The notes under the pieces: generated by a model | Told to the model about the DNA's origin: nothing | What the model saw: only the letters and a program-made list of their open reading frames with translations | Databases searched by the model: none | Origin: Octopus sinensis | Lineage: Eukaryota | Direction: 5' to 3' | DNA: 64,000 nt | NCBI RefSeq assembly: GCF_006345805.1 | Contig: NW_021836178.1 | Coordinates: 1 to 64,000 of the forward strand | Made by a program: the position numbers and the translations under genes | Part shown: positions 51,045 to 64,000 of the stretch, piece after piece | Layout of the letters: each line of letters opens with the position of its first letter | How positions within the stretch are numbered: the stretch's first letter is position 1

Positions 51045-51167
51045 CTAAAATGACGATAAATTTAGTTTATTCAACTTTTTGTGTTTTTAGACCTCTAATT
51101 ACTAAAAATCAGTTTCAATGATTAACAGATACTAATCGTAAAAATCCATGTTAAAGTAATTAATTAA

Positions 51168-54100
51168 TTAGCTTAATCTTCTCTTTTTGGGCCCATAATC
51201 CAGTGACCGTATGGGTGTGTTCTCGTCGAAGCACACTCCACATTCTAAGGCTGCCCTTGGTTGACATTCCGTTTCAGCTTTCTCCTCACTAGGTATCGAT
51301 ATACCATGCCTCTCTTCAGCCTGCATGCTCTCCAATGTCTTCCTCAGAACCACTGTCTGAATATATGCTCTCACTCTTTCTTCCAGCTTGAGGACATCAA
51401 GATGACCCTTGAAAAATCTTGAGACAATTCCATCCCAGGTCATTACAACAGGGATTACTTTCACTTTTGCGCGATGAATTGCTTCAAGTTCATTTGCCAA
51501 TAAGTCATATTTGTGGAACTTCTCAACTTCGACCTGCTTTAGGCAATTTTGCGAAGTAACCCCAACTTCGATAAGGGTGATTGTATTCCTCACTTTATCA
51601 TGGACAAATATATCAGGTTTGTTATTCGCCACAGCTGTATCCGTACTAATCGTAGTATCCACACGAATCTCCACAAATTCATTGCTAACAACAGATTGAA
51701 CTGAGTGTGTCTTTAGTCTCTTAGTTTTCCTTATTCCATATTGACGACAGAGATGTAAGTGAATACATCTGACTACTTCGTTATGCCGTCTGAGATATGA
51801 GCTATTCAGCATTCTCCCGCACCTAGTTGCAAGGTGATCAACTGTTTTTCTTGCCGAGTTACAATGCGTGCACTTATTTTCTCCATTATCAAAAAACATG
51901 TTGCGGTCCTGAAGTAGACACAGTCTCCCTTCAGTCATGGGGGAATGATTTCCATTAACCAACCATCCAGAAGATTCACAAACATTTACTTCCGTGTCTT
52001 TCAGACATTGAAATAAGATAGAGTGCATCTGCTTCTTTTCAATTTCTTTAAGCAGATATTCATGCTGTATTTCCATCAATGTCGACATTGTCAAATCCTT
52101 TGCAATCTCAATGTTGTACTTTCTGGAAATGAATTCTACGATAGTGGCCATGTGGGTTTTCTTTGAATTAATGACCCGTAGAATTCCTTCTCTTCTCAGG
52201 CAGTAATTTGCCTTATGTTCTAAGTCATTATAAAATTGGAGGAGCATCCGTTCAGCTTTATTACTGACAGACTCCAGGCTTCTTCCAAATTTATTTCTTG
52301 GTAGATACAATCTTTCTTTGTTTGCGTGTTGGAAATGTATACGTCTGTCCATAAGAATTCGGCGAATATTTTTATCAATCTGCTCAAATTCTCCAGGCTC
52401 CACATCAATCAATCCAATGTAATAGTTATAAAGTGAGAGTGCATATTCATTTATCCCTTTAAACAGGTTAACTGAGTTTAAATCAGTTTTTGTCAAATTT
52501 TCAATACGAGTAGATGCTTCTTTATAGATTTTATTCATAATTTCTTCTTTAAGGACATTACTGTTCTTATCCTCAAGGACTCCCAAATATTGATATCCAT
52601 CCAATCCATCAAGGAACCAGGCTTTGCCAGACAATAACTTCACATTTGTTGCGGATTTTTCAAAATTTCTCTCCAGCCCAGCTGCATCAAAAAACAAATC
52701 CACTTCTTTTATCATCATAACTATAGAATCACTATGGTGAGAGAACAGTTTTATATCATCAATAAAGAGGAGGTGATTAGTTGCATAAGTGGGTTCCCCA
52801 TTTCCTGGAGTCCCCATCGTTATTTTCGGAAACTTTCCATTCAGCAATCGACTTAGAGGGTCCATTAACAAAGCAAAGATCTGCGGTGAAAGAGAATCTC
52901 CCTGTAGAATTCCTCGCTTTATTTTAATTTCTCCCAGAGTATTATTGTTTAAATTAAGCCTTATCTTCCATTTTGTGATAAGATTATTAATAAATCTAAT
53001 AATCCAGAAGGGTGACCAGAATTTTGCAATACTTGGCCCAAAAATTCATGATCGACCGAATCAAAGGCTTTTTTAACATCAATCCACGTAGAACATAAAT
53101 TGTTTCCATTTTTTTGATTTAAACATTGATTGACAATAGCTTGTTCTTTTGCCCCTTGACACATTCTCCTTGTTCCCAGCTGATTTTCAGTTATTAAATC
53201 ATATGAATCAACATATTCTGACAATTTCCTGTTCACACATTTTGTCAATAATTTATATAGATTCGGCATGCTCGTGATCGGCCTTAAATCCTTTGGGGAA
53301 TTACATACATCCACTTTTGGAATGAGATAGGTCACCCCAGTGTAAAACCACTCCTCAGGTGAATATTCATCATTAATAATCTTTTGAATTTCGGCACAAA
53401 GGTGTTCATGGATTGAAGTAAAGTTTTTGATAAAAAAGTTGTACACTCCATCACAACCAGACGCTTTCCAATTTGGAAGCATCTTGATAGTATCAATAAT
53501 TGCCTCTTCCGTAAAATTAGCATAAGAATTCTCAGATCCAGTTACTCTTTTGCTAACCAGAAAATTCTTCTCCCTTCGCTCAACCTTATCCCAAATACTA
53601 GTCCAAAAAGAAAGGCACTCATCTTCGTCGAAATTAATCATCCCCTTCTTGTTATCTCCACTAATATTTCTATAGAATCGCCTTCTATTAAGTTCGAAAC
53701 ACCAATTTGCCTTTCTAAATCCTTTTCTCGATTCATAAATTCTCAACTTTTTCTCAATAATCTTGATTTGGTCACAAAAAACGGAAATAACTCTTTCGAA
53801 TTCTCCCTTCTTTGACTTCTTAAACCCATAAGCACATAAGGTATTGCGTGTATCTTCGTCAAACTGATTCTTCCCTTTCATTTGACTAGCCATTCGAATT
53901 TGCTCAAGTTGCTCTTTAAGTTTGGTAAGTTTGCCTTTCATGTTGTCTTCCCAATTACTTTTAATACTATCCCTCTTGGTAAGGTTCTCATAAGTGCACT
54001 GTCCTGCATATATGATGTCCGTGATAACATTAATATCCACAATAGGCAATGTACTCCCTTATTGCTGCATTAATACCATTTAAAATTTCCATTTTAAGCA

Positions 54101-54604
54101 ACTGCCTTGGAATTTTCCTCGTAGGGATACGAACGTTCCTTCCCATTGTAATTACTTTCCCAATTTGGCAACGAAACTCCTCAAAGCATTTTTAAAATTT
54201 GCTACTTCAGCCTTCTGTACCTCCTCTCCCGGAAGGCCACAGAGTGATTCACTCGACTTGGTAGACAGCAAGCGCTTAAAATTAGCAATTGACTTCGATG
54301 TCCAGAATTTTGAGTTAAACACGTTTGTAATCAGAGGCCAACCACCACGAGGCATCCTCTTGAATCTGGATTTTGTAGCCTCAACGACTTCCACTGCCCA
54401 TTGTTTCTTATCCACAGCGTGAACAGTGTCAACAATACACTGAACAGAGAGAAGGTGTTCTTTAGGATCAGTTTTAAAAACTTCTTGTGCCTTGGACATG
54501 TCATCGACCACATTCTCCACGCTCCGTTTGTTTTTTCTTTTAGTAACTTTCGTAGATAAGTCAATTGAAACATGTTTTATTCTTTTCTTACAAGAAACCA
54601 CCAT
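51168..54604 (-). mobile_element. Near-full-length R4/Dong-like RLE non-LTR retrotransposon; probably one ORF broken by a few indels
   Basis: NWKASGCDG, LRPITSMPNLYK, WIDVKKAFDSV, QGDSLSP, NHLLFIDDIK, YQYLGV, RLYLPR..GR, CTHC..TVDHLATRC, RHN, KPDI, IEVG and EKFHKY. Confidence 0.93.
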
Positions 54605-55339
54605 GTCTACAACAACGTTTCAATGATTATAAAAAGGAAGAATAATTAATAAAAGAATTATCAATTTATCATCGAAATTAGTTCAATTTGCCACAAGAAA
54701 GACAAACCTAAAGTTCAATAAACCTCGTATAACATGAGCAATTAAAGAATGGCACTCAGTCCATATGTGGCCATCTTAATGTAGCCCTCCCGAATTGCAT
54801 AACTGCTGATGTCATTGTTCATCACTGTTACGTAATCATATAACCCATATCCGGACATTTGGGGTCTTTTTAGATATCTGTTTGTAATATATAATCATTT
54901 TAAACCTCCAAATATTATAAGCCGAGATTGCTATATTGAAGGCAGTGAAAGTAATGACTCCTGTAAATAGCCAAAATATGGTTACGAGAAATTGAGCAAT
55001 ATATTCAAAAATAAGAAGCTAAATGTAAAAAATGTAGAAAATATACTTTATTTGTAAAGTTACAATGATCGATTACATTCGTGTAGTTCTGCAGGAGGTC
55101 TTCAAAGTTGCTGGCCTTAAAAATGTTATTTGTGGTCCTACTTGGAGTAAGGATAAAACGGCAATGAGAATTGAACTTAAAAAAGATGAAAAACTAATGA
55201 TTGCTGTATAGTCCATAAATACTGCACCACAAACAAATAAACGAAATTTATTTATTTATTATTTATAAATAATAAAAAATAAAAATAATTTTAAATTATT
55301 TTATTTATGGAGTTATTCATAATTAATATAACTGAAACA

Positions 55340-55870
55340 AAAAATCTGTGAATCCGACATTCTCCATAAAATCAAAATATAGCCAACTATCTTCCTCTCA
55401 TGGAGACTTGGTCGTGCAAAATACGCTAACAAAAAATCTCGATTCTGCTACCTGCCAATAGGCGTACTGCATAACTCTTTAACCTCTATTCAAGCGATAT
55501 GCCCACTAACAACGCAACACTACTCTCAAGTTACGCAGACGATATTGCCTCAAACACCGAAGGTACAGTCAGGCTCCAAACAAATCTAAAATATCTCACT
55601 AATCGACTAAGACTTAACCATGTGATGTTTTTGTCAAAATCATCTATGATTTTATTTACCCGACCGACGATAGTTTAACGTCAGCCCCGATATACACAGG
55701 AAAAAATACTCGTCCTCAAACATCCAGTTTTTGGGTCATCTTGACCAAGCTTTTCATCTTGACCCAAGTCACGGTCATTGACCAAAAAAAAAGCAAACTA
55801 TATAGAAAGAGGCGACATTAGAATTACATTACGAAGAAGTACATTTACTTGATTTCATCAACCACAAGGA
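55340..55870 (+). mobile_element. APE-type LINE RT relic
   Basis: LFNLYSSD...LSSYADDI and downstream relics. Confidence 0.65.
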
Positions 55871-56549
55871 CTCATTAAAAAACTCTTATTTAACATAAAA
55901 ATTTTCACTAATGAAATAAGGGGGTTATTTGGAGGGCAAAAAAAACCAATTTTCGATACAAAAAAAAGGTTGAGAACCCAGCTATAGATAATGGATCTGG
56001 ACAGTCGTGGTTCGAACGAAGGAGGCTAGTTTTCTAGTTGGGGTTAATTCTCGTTATCGTTCCTTGCTCACGAGGCGACGAGTCCTTCTGGCACGACACA
56101 GTTGAAAAATGGGGATCTCTCACCTTCCTTCCGGTTTAGCGTTATGTGTTCTCTGCCAAGAAATAAAAGTCAAATTATCGTAATTCTTGGGAAAAAATTA
56201 AGACCCCTCTTAAAAATACCTTCCCGAAAAAAGATCAACTATGTTCAGACTACTACATAACCAAATTTCAACTTAGGCTATCAGTTCACTCGAACACAAT
56301 AAAACTACTAGACTTCGCACCTCCACAAGATCTTTTTCAAATTTTTTTGATTCAAAAATATCTTGGTATTGCAATGAATATGTGATTGGCCGAAAATGAG
56401 AAACCCAATGTTTTTGACAGCGGTCATAAGTATTGTCTCTTTTTTAGTTGTCTCATTTGGCAGCCTCAGCAGCTATTGTCAACATTATGTCAATGTTAAA
56501 ACTAATGAGAAAGGTGCATTTTAAAACGTCTTAAAAATAATTAACAATA

Positions 56550-56750
56550 ATGGTTTGGGACTTGTGTATTTCAGACGTTTTTGAGTTTGCCCCCCTTGTA
56601 TTCGGAACCTCAGGAATTGTCGGCGAGGCCGCGTCTCAACTCCTCACTGACATTGTTAGAAGAATTTCCTTAAAAACAAACAACGGAAGGAGACGAACTG
56701 GCTCTTTTAGCAAATCTCGGTCGCCGTGCTCCGCGGAAACTGCGGCGTAG
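56550..56750 (+). mobile_element. CRE-clade 3' relic
   Basis: VWDLC, FAPLVFGTSGIVGE and ISVAVLRGNC. Confidence 0.75.
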
Positions 56751-57495
56751 TTGTGTTGGTTTTTAGGCTCTTTACTACTCTTTCAGCACCTACTCCTGCT
56801 AGCATTAACAGATTATTCATAAGCATCCATTAACAATAATTGATAACGATTAACATTTTTTAAAAAACAAGTTAGTTTATGGACAGTTAAAAAGGGAGAA
56901 AGATGTTTAACATTGATTTCAATTGTCATAGTTTTAACCTTCGGCACGGTTTCATTCTCGGCTCGTGGCATAATTTTTATTTAGTTTTCGTAATTTTTTA
57001 CACCAATTTCACCCTCTTACGTTCTGTCACGGAAGGGCAGATTTATCTAAGCGAACAGTCTAGATTCAGAGGCTACTTCTTGGACAGACATCACGGATTT
57101 TTCTTTAATGGAATTTTTGAATTTTTCTAAAAAGCCGCATTTTTGATTAAATCTTTATTTATTTCTTTGTTGAATAAAATTTTATAAATTATAGTTATAT
57201 ATTTCCAAAACTTCCAAAAAATTAAAAAAATTCAAAATATTTGTAGAATCATATTTGCAAAAAAAAATGATTAAATTCTCATTATTCATTAAAGGACACA
57301 TACCAGATTTTAAAAAAATAAATAACATAAATAAATATATTTTAATACTCATTTTACTGATCTGGCTATGTATTAAGTTGAAAACAGTACGCTATTGAAA
57401 TGATAGACCATGAGAAAAAACGAAATTTATGTACTAAATCTGGCTAATTTTTAAAGAAATATTATATTGACAAGAATGTGGTTTTGCATTTCAGA

Positions 57496-57735
57496 TATTT
57501 CTCATGATCACACACATAATAATATAATACGCTGAAAGAGGGGATTGACGTTCCAATTTTTTGATTTTTATCTTAAATAAAAAAATCTCTTCAAAACCAC
57601 ACATTATTTCTTCACATATTTCTCATGATAAGACTTGTAAAATCACACACATAATCATCGAATATGCTGAAGGAGATTGGCATTCGAACTTTTTGATTGC
57701 TTATCTTAAATAAAAATATCTCTTCAAAACCACAT
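57496..57735. repeat. Two-copy degenerate tandem repeat, unit about 120-135 bp
   Basis: ATATTTCTCATGAT...CACACACATAAT...TATCTTAAATAAAAA...TCTCTTCAAAACCACA occurs twice. Confidence 0.75.
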
Positions 57736-58239
57736 TTCGATTTAACCACCTTATCTCAAAATTACATGGTAATGCGTGGATAAAACCAAAATCGCTGAAA
57801 AAATATGATAAAGGAATATGTTTATGGCATTGAAAATAAAAATATAATAATAAATAGACAGAAAATAAATGTGTGCAAAAATCCAAAAAGTATATAAAGC
57901 GTTAAAATGGAAAAAATGATTAAATTATTGTAAGAATAAGGCCAATTTGATTACAGAATGTCGAATATTATAAGAAATTCTGTAAGTCAACAATATATTT
58001 AACCAATTTTAATTATATAAATAGAATAAAATTTAATCAAATTAAGAAAACAACAAACAACAAAAAATTTCTCACAAAGAAATTTCTCACTGGTTATATA
58101 TTTACATTTGGTTTCCCAGATAAAATTAACTATAATAAAATAAATATATTATAATGTAATTTCAATTATTCATTTCTGAATTTGTAGTTAGATTCTAAAT
58201 TTTTATTGGTATTAAATTATTATTATTTCAACCACATAC

Positions 58240-59100
58240 ATTTGAAACTCACTGTTCGCCTTGGAACATCATCGTCCAGACCTTTCCTGACAAATGTGGT
58301 GACCCCTCAAGGTAACTCTCCCTTGCCTCTGCTGTTTGTGATCTACCTCTAGTCTGGCTTGCGAGAGCTGATAAGCTTATATGAGGGGCTAATCACTGAA
58401 GTAATTTACGCTAATCAAATCCGCGCTCCTCAGACAATTGGAAATTGCACCGGGAAAACTCGGAGAATGGTCCCTAATTATGAATACTGACAAGTCCAAC
58501 GTTGTCGATGTATTACGTTGAGATATCCAGCTTATGGAGACTGTTGAAAAAGCATGGCTCACTGTTGGAGACCGGGAGGACATAACGCGCACAAAAACTC
58601 TGGCCGCTGCTGCTCTAAAAACCGTCATGAAAATCTGGCTACGAGATTGTTTTTTGCACCCCTCTCTACCCTCTAGAATCTACAATGCTTTTGTAAAACC
58701 CTTTCATCTACATAAAGCATTTTCGATACCGAAACAAGGAATTTTGATTCCTTTCACAGAAAACAGCTTCGTGTCTTAAATGGGTTACACTGGCCTCAGA
58801 AAATCAACAAGTCAACCCTCTACAGGCTTAACAACTCGGCGCTATGACATTATAGACGCCCGCTGGAGATTATTTGGACACATCTTAAGAATGGACTCAA
58901 CTGCCCCTATTTATCAAGCCATAGAAAAACACTTCCTGTCAAATGGGCCAAAATTTCGTAAACGATTCCAAACAACACTGCCGGCCGTTCTGCAACACGA
59001 CCTTACTTGCGCGAGAAAAACCCTAAACAACTGCGACGACCTGGACAAACTCTGCAGACAGGCCCAAAACCGCGGAAGCTGGAAAACAATAATTATAGAA
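58240..59100 (+). mobile_element. RTE-like LINE RT/thumb relic
   Basis: PQGNSPLPLLFVIYL, RIYNAFVKP, DSFHRKQLR..HWPQKI and RWRLFGHILRM. Confidence 0.8.
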
Positions 59101-59219
59101 AGGTCGTATTGTGTGCGGCACGCGTGGGAATATGACTTATTCTGTTCATGTTACTACGGGAAGTGCTATAATAATTATTATTCAGCCAAGACCACCATTT
59201 AAAAACACAAAAAAACTAA

Positions 59220-60170
59220 TCAGGTAATCCCAGCTTCTCTAAGGAGGATCCTCATTTTTTCCTGACGTTCTTCCCTTGTTCCCGAATTTTCTGTAGGGGC
59301 GCGGCGGGGGTGTCATTGGGTATGTCGTTCCCACGTTTCTTTGCAAGATCTCCTCAAAAGTAGCAACATTTAGTTGTTCGTTAGGTTTTTTAGAGTTGTG
59401 CAGATTCTTGATTGAATTTTCAAAATTTTTTCCCGATGGTGTAGCTGATCGTATTTCCCCACGATGCGCATGCGTAACTAATTGTGGGTTCAATGTGCTG
59501 CTTATATACGGTTTGGCAAATGGCGAGGCTCATCCACTGCCTGCATTTTTGAAGAAAAACTCTGAGTATGTTGAATTTCTTTAAACATCTCGTGATCACA
59601 TCATTCACTTGCTACGAGAAAGACATATGGTGTTGTATGTTACTTGTAAAATATTTTGCAATTTTTAGAATGGTATCTCCACATCGTTTACTCCTGCTTT
59701 TTCGAGTCTTTTTGCTGAGGTAAGGATGGCAGTAATCGACTTTCCTGGACTTGTTTATAGTCGGTTTATTAATAACCACCCTTCAAGACCGTAGAAATAA
59801 TTTTGCAGCTTTATTGCTTATTTTGCGACCTCTCGGTTGGAGAAAGGGAACCACAAATCTTCAGCTTTTGGCATCAGGAGATCCGTTGAAAAGAGCTGGT
59901 GTTCTATTTGGAAAATACTCCGAGCTCGATTTTGTACTTTTTGTATTAAATCTTCCTCTTCGCTTAGTAAGGAAATTAGCTATCGACTTTTTTTGATGGA
60001 GGGGATATTGCTGAGAAATATTTTCCTAGTCAGTATTTTCCTAGACACGGAGTCAAAAGCCTTATGAATATTCTCCGAGCATATAATCGTCTTTTTGGTG
60101 CAAGGTTTAATCATTAGTCCTTTAGAGATAAAGTTAGTCAGCGTTGCAATGACAGCATTAAAAAATCCAA
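59220..60170 (-). mobile_element. APE-type LINE relic
   Basis: NIHKAFDSVSRK and VYKQHIEPTISYACASW. Related to 61080-62480. Confidence 0.7.
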
Positions 60171-60699
60171 ACATTTAAATGTGACTTTTCCATTACGTGA
60201 GATCGGAATTGACAAAAGTTACCGCAAATTTAACGTTATTTTAAACAAATCTCAAAAAAATTAACCTTGATTTGTTATTCTGGGGGAGGAAACTGCATAT
60301 TAGAGTGCATATCCTTAGAATTAGTTTTACACTTGACGGTTACATTTTTGTTTCAGAGGAAGCAAATCTATGGTTTTATTTGATGAACTAAATATTAAGA
60401 AAATTTTAAAATACAGTAAACATCTGATAATTGTATAACATTTGTTTACGTATAATCTTATGCCATTAGCCGATATATTGAATCATCCAATAATTTAATA
60501 CAGAATATTTATGATAGCAATTCTTCGTTTTTCTTGTCCCTCCAAATTTGCTTGAAGCGAAGTAAAATGGATTTCCTCGTCTTCATTTTGGACGTCAAAA
60601 TCTAATAGTGCTTCCAATTCCCTTTTTTAAATATTTTTTAGAAAGATCTACATTGAAAAAAATTTCGAATTGTTTTTGGTTTGTTTTATCGTGGATAAC

Positions 60700-60992
60700 A
60701 TAGTTGTAATCACAAACAATGTCTTTTATCAATATTGATAATTTCTACCAATAAAAAGTTTTCTGAAAAAAATGTTTTTTTTGAGATTTTGAGCATTACC
60801 TCACGGCCCCTGCATCTCGCAGGTCTGGACTGTGACATTTCCAATCTCACCATCTCGTCTTCTTTTGCGACTAAAATTGGTCCAATTAGATTCACCCAAT
60901 AACATATTTTTTTCTCTATTCTTCAAAATCATGAAACTTGAGAGTGAGAACAGTGGATCTTGCAGATAGAACTGTCTGAGTTTGACCTCCAT
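60700..60992 (-). mobile_element. Possible FLYWCH/MULE relic
   Basis: Frameshifted KRRRDGEI-WKC-S..ARCRGR resembles FLYWCH. Weak. Confidence 0.25.
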
Positions 60993-61079
60993 AATAATTT
61001 TTGAGAAAGTTTATGATGAGGAAGTAACGAAGATTATTATTAAACCCCGAGAACAAAGGAAAGGGAAATAGTAATCGTC

Positions 61080-62480
61080 TAATTAAGTGATCCCGGTGTC
61101 AGTGCGTCTCTTTTTATCTCTTCCTTGTCTCGAATTCTTAATAACGTCCAAAAAGGGGATGGTTTTTTTAATTTCCTAACACACTTCTCATAGGCAAGAT
61201 AGTCCTCTTCAAGGGGACCTCCGGTAGATCTTGCCATCGTTAAGAAGATGTGCTGTCTTCCTGTAAGATGGTCCATTAATTTTTTGACATTGAATGTATT
61301 TCTCAATTCCGAAGCGGCGTCATTTTATCACGTTTCAGTAAAATCCGTAAGCACTGGTTCTGTACGACTTCCAGTTTGTTTTGTGCGGATATTGACAGTG
61401 GCGTGATCCACAACGCACATACGTGTTCAATTGTAGACAGTATATATTGTTTGTATAATAATTCAAAATGAGGAATAGAAGATATTGGTTGATCCAGCAA
61501 AAGCTTTGAGAATTCCGATCTTCTTTTGGATTCGTGAAACCACTGACTCCACTTGATTTTTGAACGTCATTAATGGGTCAAATGTAACTCCAAGGATTGA
61601 AAGTTTCCTTTTAATTGGGATTAGTTGTCCATTCCAAGTTATTTTTTGATCCAGTGCTGTATATTTCCTGTATGAAGAGATAATCGTAGTGCTTGATTTC
61701 CCAGGTGATATCTTCATTTGCTTTTTGAGAAACCATGGCTTCATAAGATTAATGGTATCTTGAGTTTCTTTGTAATCTTTATGTTTTGCTGCGATAATTA
61801 GATCGTTAGCGTATGATAAAAGGATTGTATCTTCGTCGTTTGGATTTGGGAGGTCTCTTGTAAATAAATTGAACAGGATTGGTGATAAGGGGATCCTTGT
61901 GGGATCCCGTTTGGGAGGTATCGTTGTTTTGATTTTCGGTTATTCATTATAACCTTTCCACTTCTGCCATTAACGAAGTTCGCCAGCCATATCTTGATCT
62001 TCGTATGGATACCGGTGGAGAAAATTTTTGATGTTAAAGTTTTCCTCGATATTGAATCGAATGCTTTTTCAATATCCAGAGCGACTAACACCGTTCTTTG
62101 ATGTGGTTTTGAGCTGTTCAGTCCATCTGAGATAAACTGAGTCAACTTCGTAAGATATGTAGAAATTGAACGGTCTCTCCTGAATCCATGTTGAAAACTG
62201 GATAATTCTAACGAAAGAGTAATTTTGTTGAGAATTAACTTTTCCAGTGTTCTTGAGAGTCCACAAAGAATTGATACAGGACGATAACTCCGTGGATCGT
62301 TCAGAGATTTGTCCTTTTTCGGTATCATGTGTATGAGTGATTTTTTCCATAATGAGGGAATTTCATTTTTGTTTACTGAGTAATTGAAAAATTGGGTAAG
62401 GGGTTCGATTCCCACCGACCCTAAGTGTTTTAATTCATCAATTGAAATATCGTCAGCTAGTCTTGACTTTGTATTTTTCA
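61080..62480 (-). mobile_element. APE-type LINE RT region, decayed
   Basis: SYRPVSILC, QHGFRRDRS, VALDIEKAFDSI, GIPQGS, LSYANDL, ILGVTFD and LEVVQNQCLR. Confidence 0.85.
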
Positions 62481-62589
62481 TGTAACGAAGATGACATGTG
62501 TGATAATAATTAACTTTTAAATTACAAATTATAATTATGAAATTATGCGAAAATTTTTTAAAGAAAAAATAGTAAATGTTTCGAATGAG

Positions 62590-62707
62590 AGTATGCAATT
62601 AACCGATATATTTTGAATGGAAAGCATATAAATTATGGTTTTAAACATAAATTTATGTCATTAACCGATTTATGAAATTTACCGATATGCAATTGACTGT
62701 TTACTGT
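62590..62707. repeat. pogo/Tigger-like terminal repeat remnant
   Basis: Repeated (T)TAACCGAT/TTACCGAT units ending ...TTTACTG|TA. Confidence 0.5.
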
Positions 62708-64000
62708 ATATAATTTACGGCAGGCTATTTATGGAACTTTGGTTGAAAATAATGCAGAATATTGGGGGCTTAATAATCACAAAATATAGCAATTAATAAA
62801 AATGAAAAGGCAAAACTGACTTGGTGTCTGCTACTACTGCTTCTAGTTAAATTTACTGATAATCAAATTTACTGACCAGTATTTATTAAAAAAGGCCATT
62901 TAAATGCTCACTGTTTGATTATTTTCTCGATATTTTTACAATAATACATCCGTCTTTAAATTATTTTGTTTTTATCGAAAAATAAATGTTTTTTTATCAA
63001 GACGGGGAACAAAAATCAACCAAAGAGACTAGAAGATATCGTGAAAGAAAACGGTGGAGACCTCAGGAAAAAAATTTATTTTCGGGACCCCCGACAGTGT
63101 TTTTGATCCTAATAAATAAGACATATAAGCTACCAAAAAATATCTAAGACTTAGGAATTCAATCCAAATTATATAAAAGCTTATCTTCTGGGGGCAAATG
63201 AAAAAACTAAAATTTAAAAAATTCTTTAAAGACTACAAAAAGTGTTGGAAATCGATCTAAACTTCCTCTCAGAAGAAATGTTGAATTCCCGTCTGATTAA
63301 AACCAGGATTGAGTAGTTAAAAACGTAAAAAATAGGTTGGTAGGCCTGAATTATGTTGACCAAGGTAAAGGAATTTTGGAATATGATTTGAAACCCAAAA
63401 TATACAAAGTACGCCCAAGATGAATTACTTAAACTGTTTCATGTTTTAATCTGGAACTGATGAAAATTTTCGTTTTTTGATTTAGAGTTTTTAAATTTAA
63501 ACTTTTATTTTAAATTCAAAATTTCTGTTTAGAGATGATATTTTAGTCAAATAAAATCATTAAATATTACTTTCTAAAAAACGTTCAATGAACAGAAACG
63601 AAAATCAGAGATAAATGTGCATTTGATTCTTTTGAATATATCTTTCGTTCTTCTAGTAAATAACAGTTTCTTTAATTTAGAACTCAATTTTTCGTTCCTA
63701 GATTTTCAGTATTAAAGACTAGTTTATCAAAACATATTTTAAATGTAAGAAGTATCGAAATTCGGGAAGAGTATATGGCATTGTCCTGGTGACTGAAGGC
63801 AGGAGAATTCTCACGTGGCTGTTCCCTTTCCTTTGTAGTTTAACTAATCAGTTAGCAAAAAGGTAAAATTCTCGTGGAACAGGCAATCGTCCATGTTTCG
63901 GGGACAGTCAATATTTTTACAGGCAACAGAAACATAACCAATTTAGACTTAATGATTTAAAATGAAATTATCTTTTACTAAAATTTTATTGTGAGTAAAA

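Overview
AT-rich eukaryotic (animal) nuclear DNA. Compact host genes with very short (22-31 nt) GT-AG introns are scattered among decayed transposons. Recognisable genes: MZT1, PUM3, CCDC51, MRPL24, PPIH, a reduced Notch receptor and tRNA-Arg(CCT). There are also a partial katanin p60 copy, an RRM fragment, a secreted LRR-like gene and some orphan multi-exon loci. Mobile elements: about 14 CRE-clade RLE retrotransposon fragments, a near-full-length R4/Dong-like RLE element plus two relics, APE-type LINE and RTE relics, three hAT elements with 8-bp TSDs, a Tc1/mariner derivative, a MULE, an intron-containing Ginger-like integrase and a probable Helitron end. Tiny introns plus divergent metazoan genes suggest a reduced parasite such as a dicyemid or myxozoan (inference). 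Single-base indels in conserved genes suggest an unpolished long-read assembly, so frameshifts alone do not imply pseudogenes. Highlights: a complete twin-priming 5'-inversion signature in a CRE element, an R4-like element resembling microsporidian retroelements (recalled, not searched), and a Notch lacking the RAM tryptophan and PEST region. All calls are by eye, and boundaries of decayed elements are approximate.
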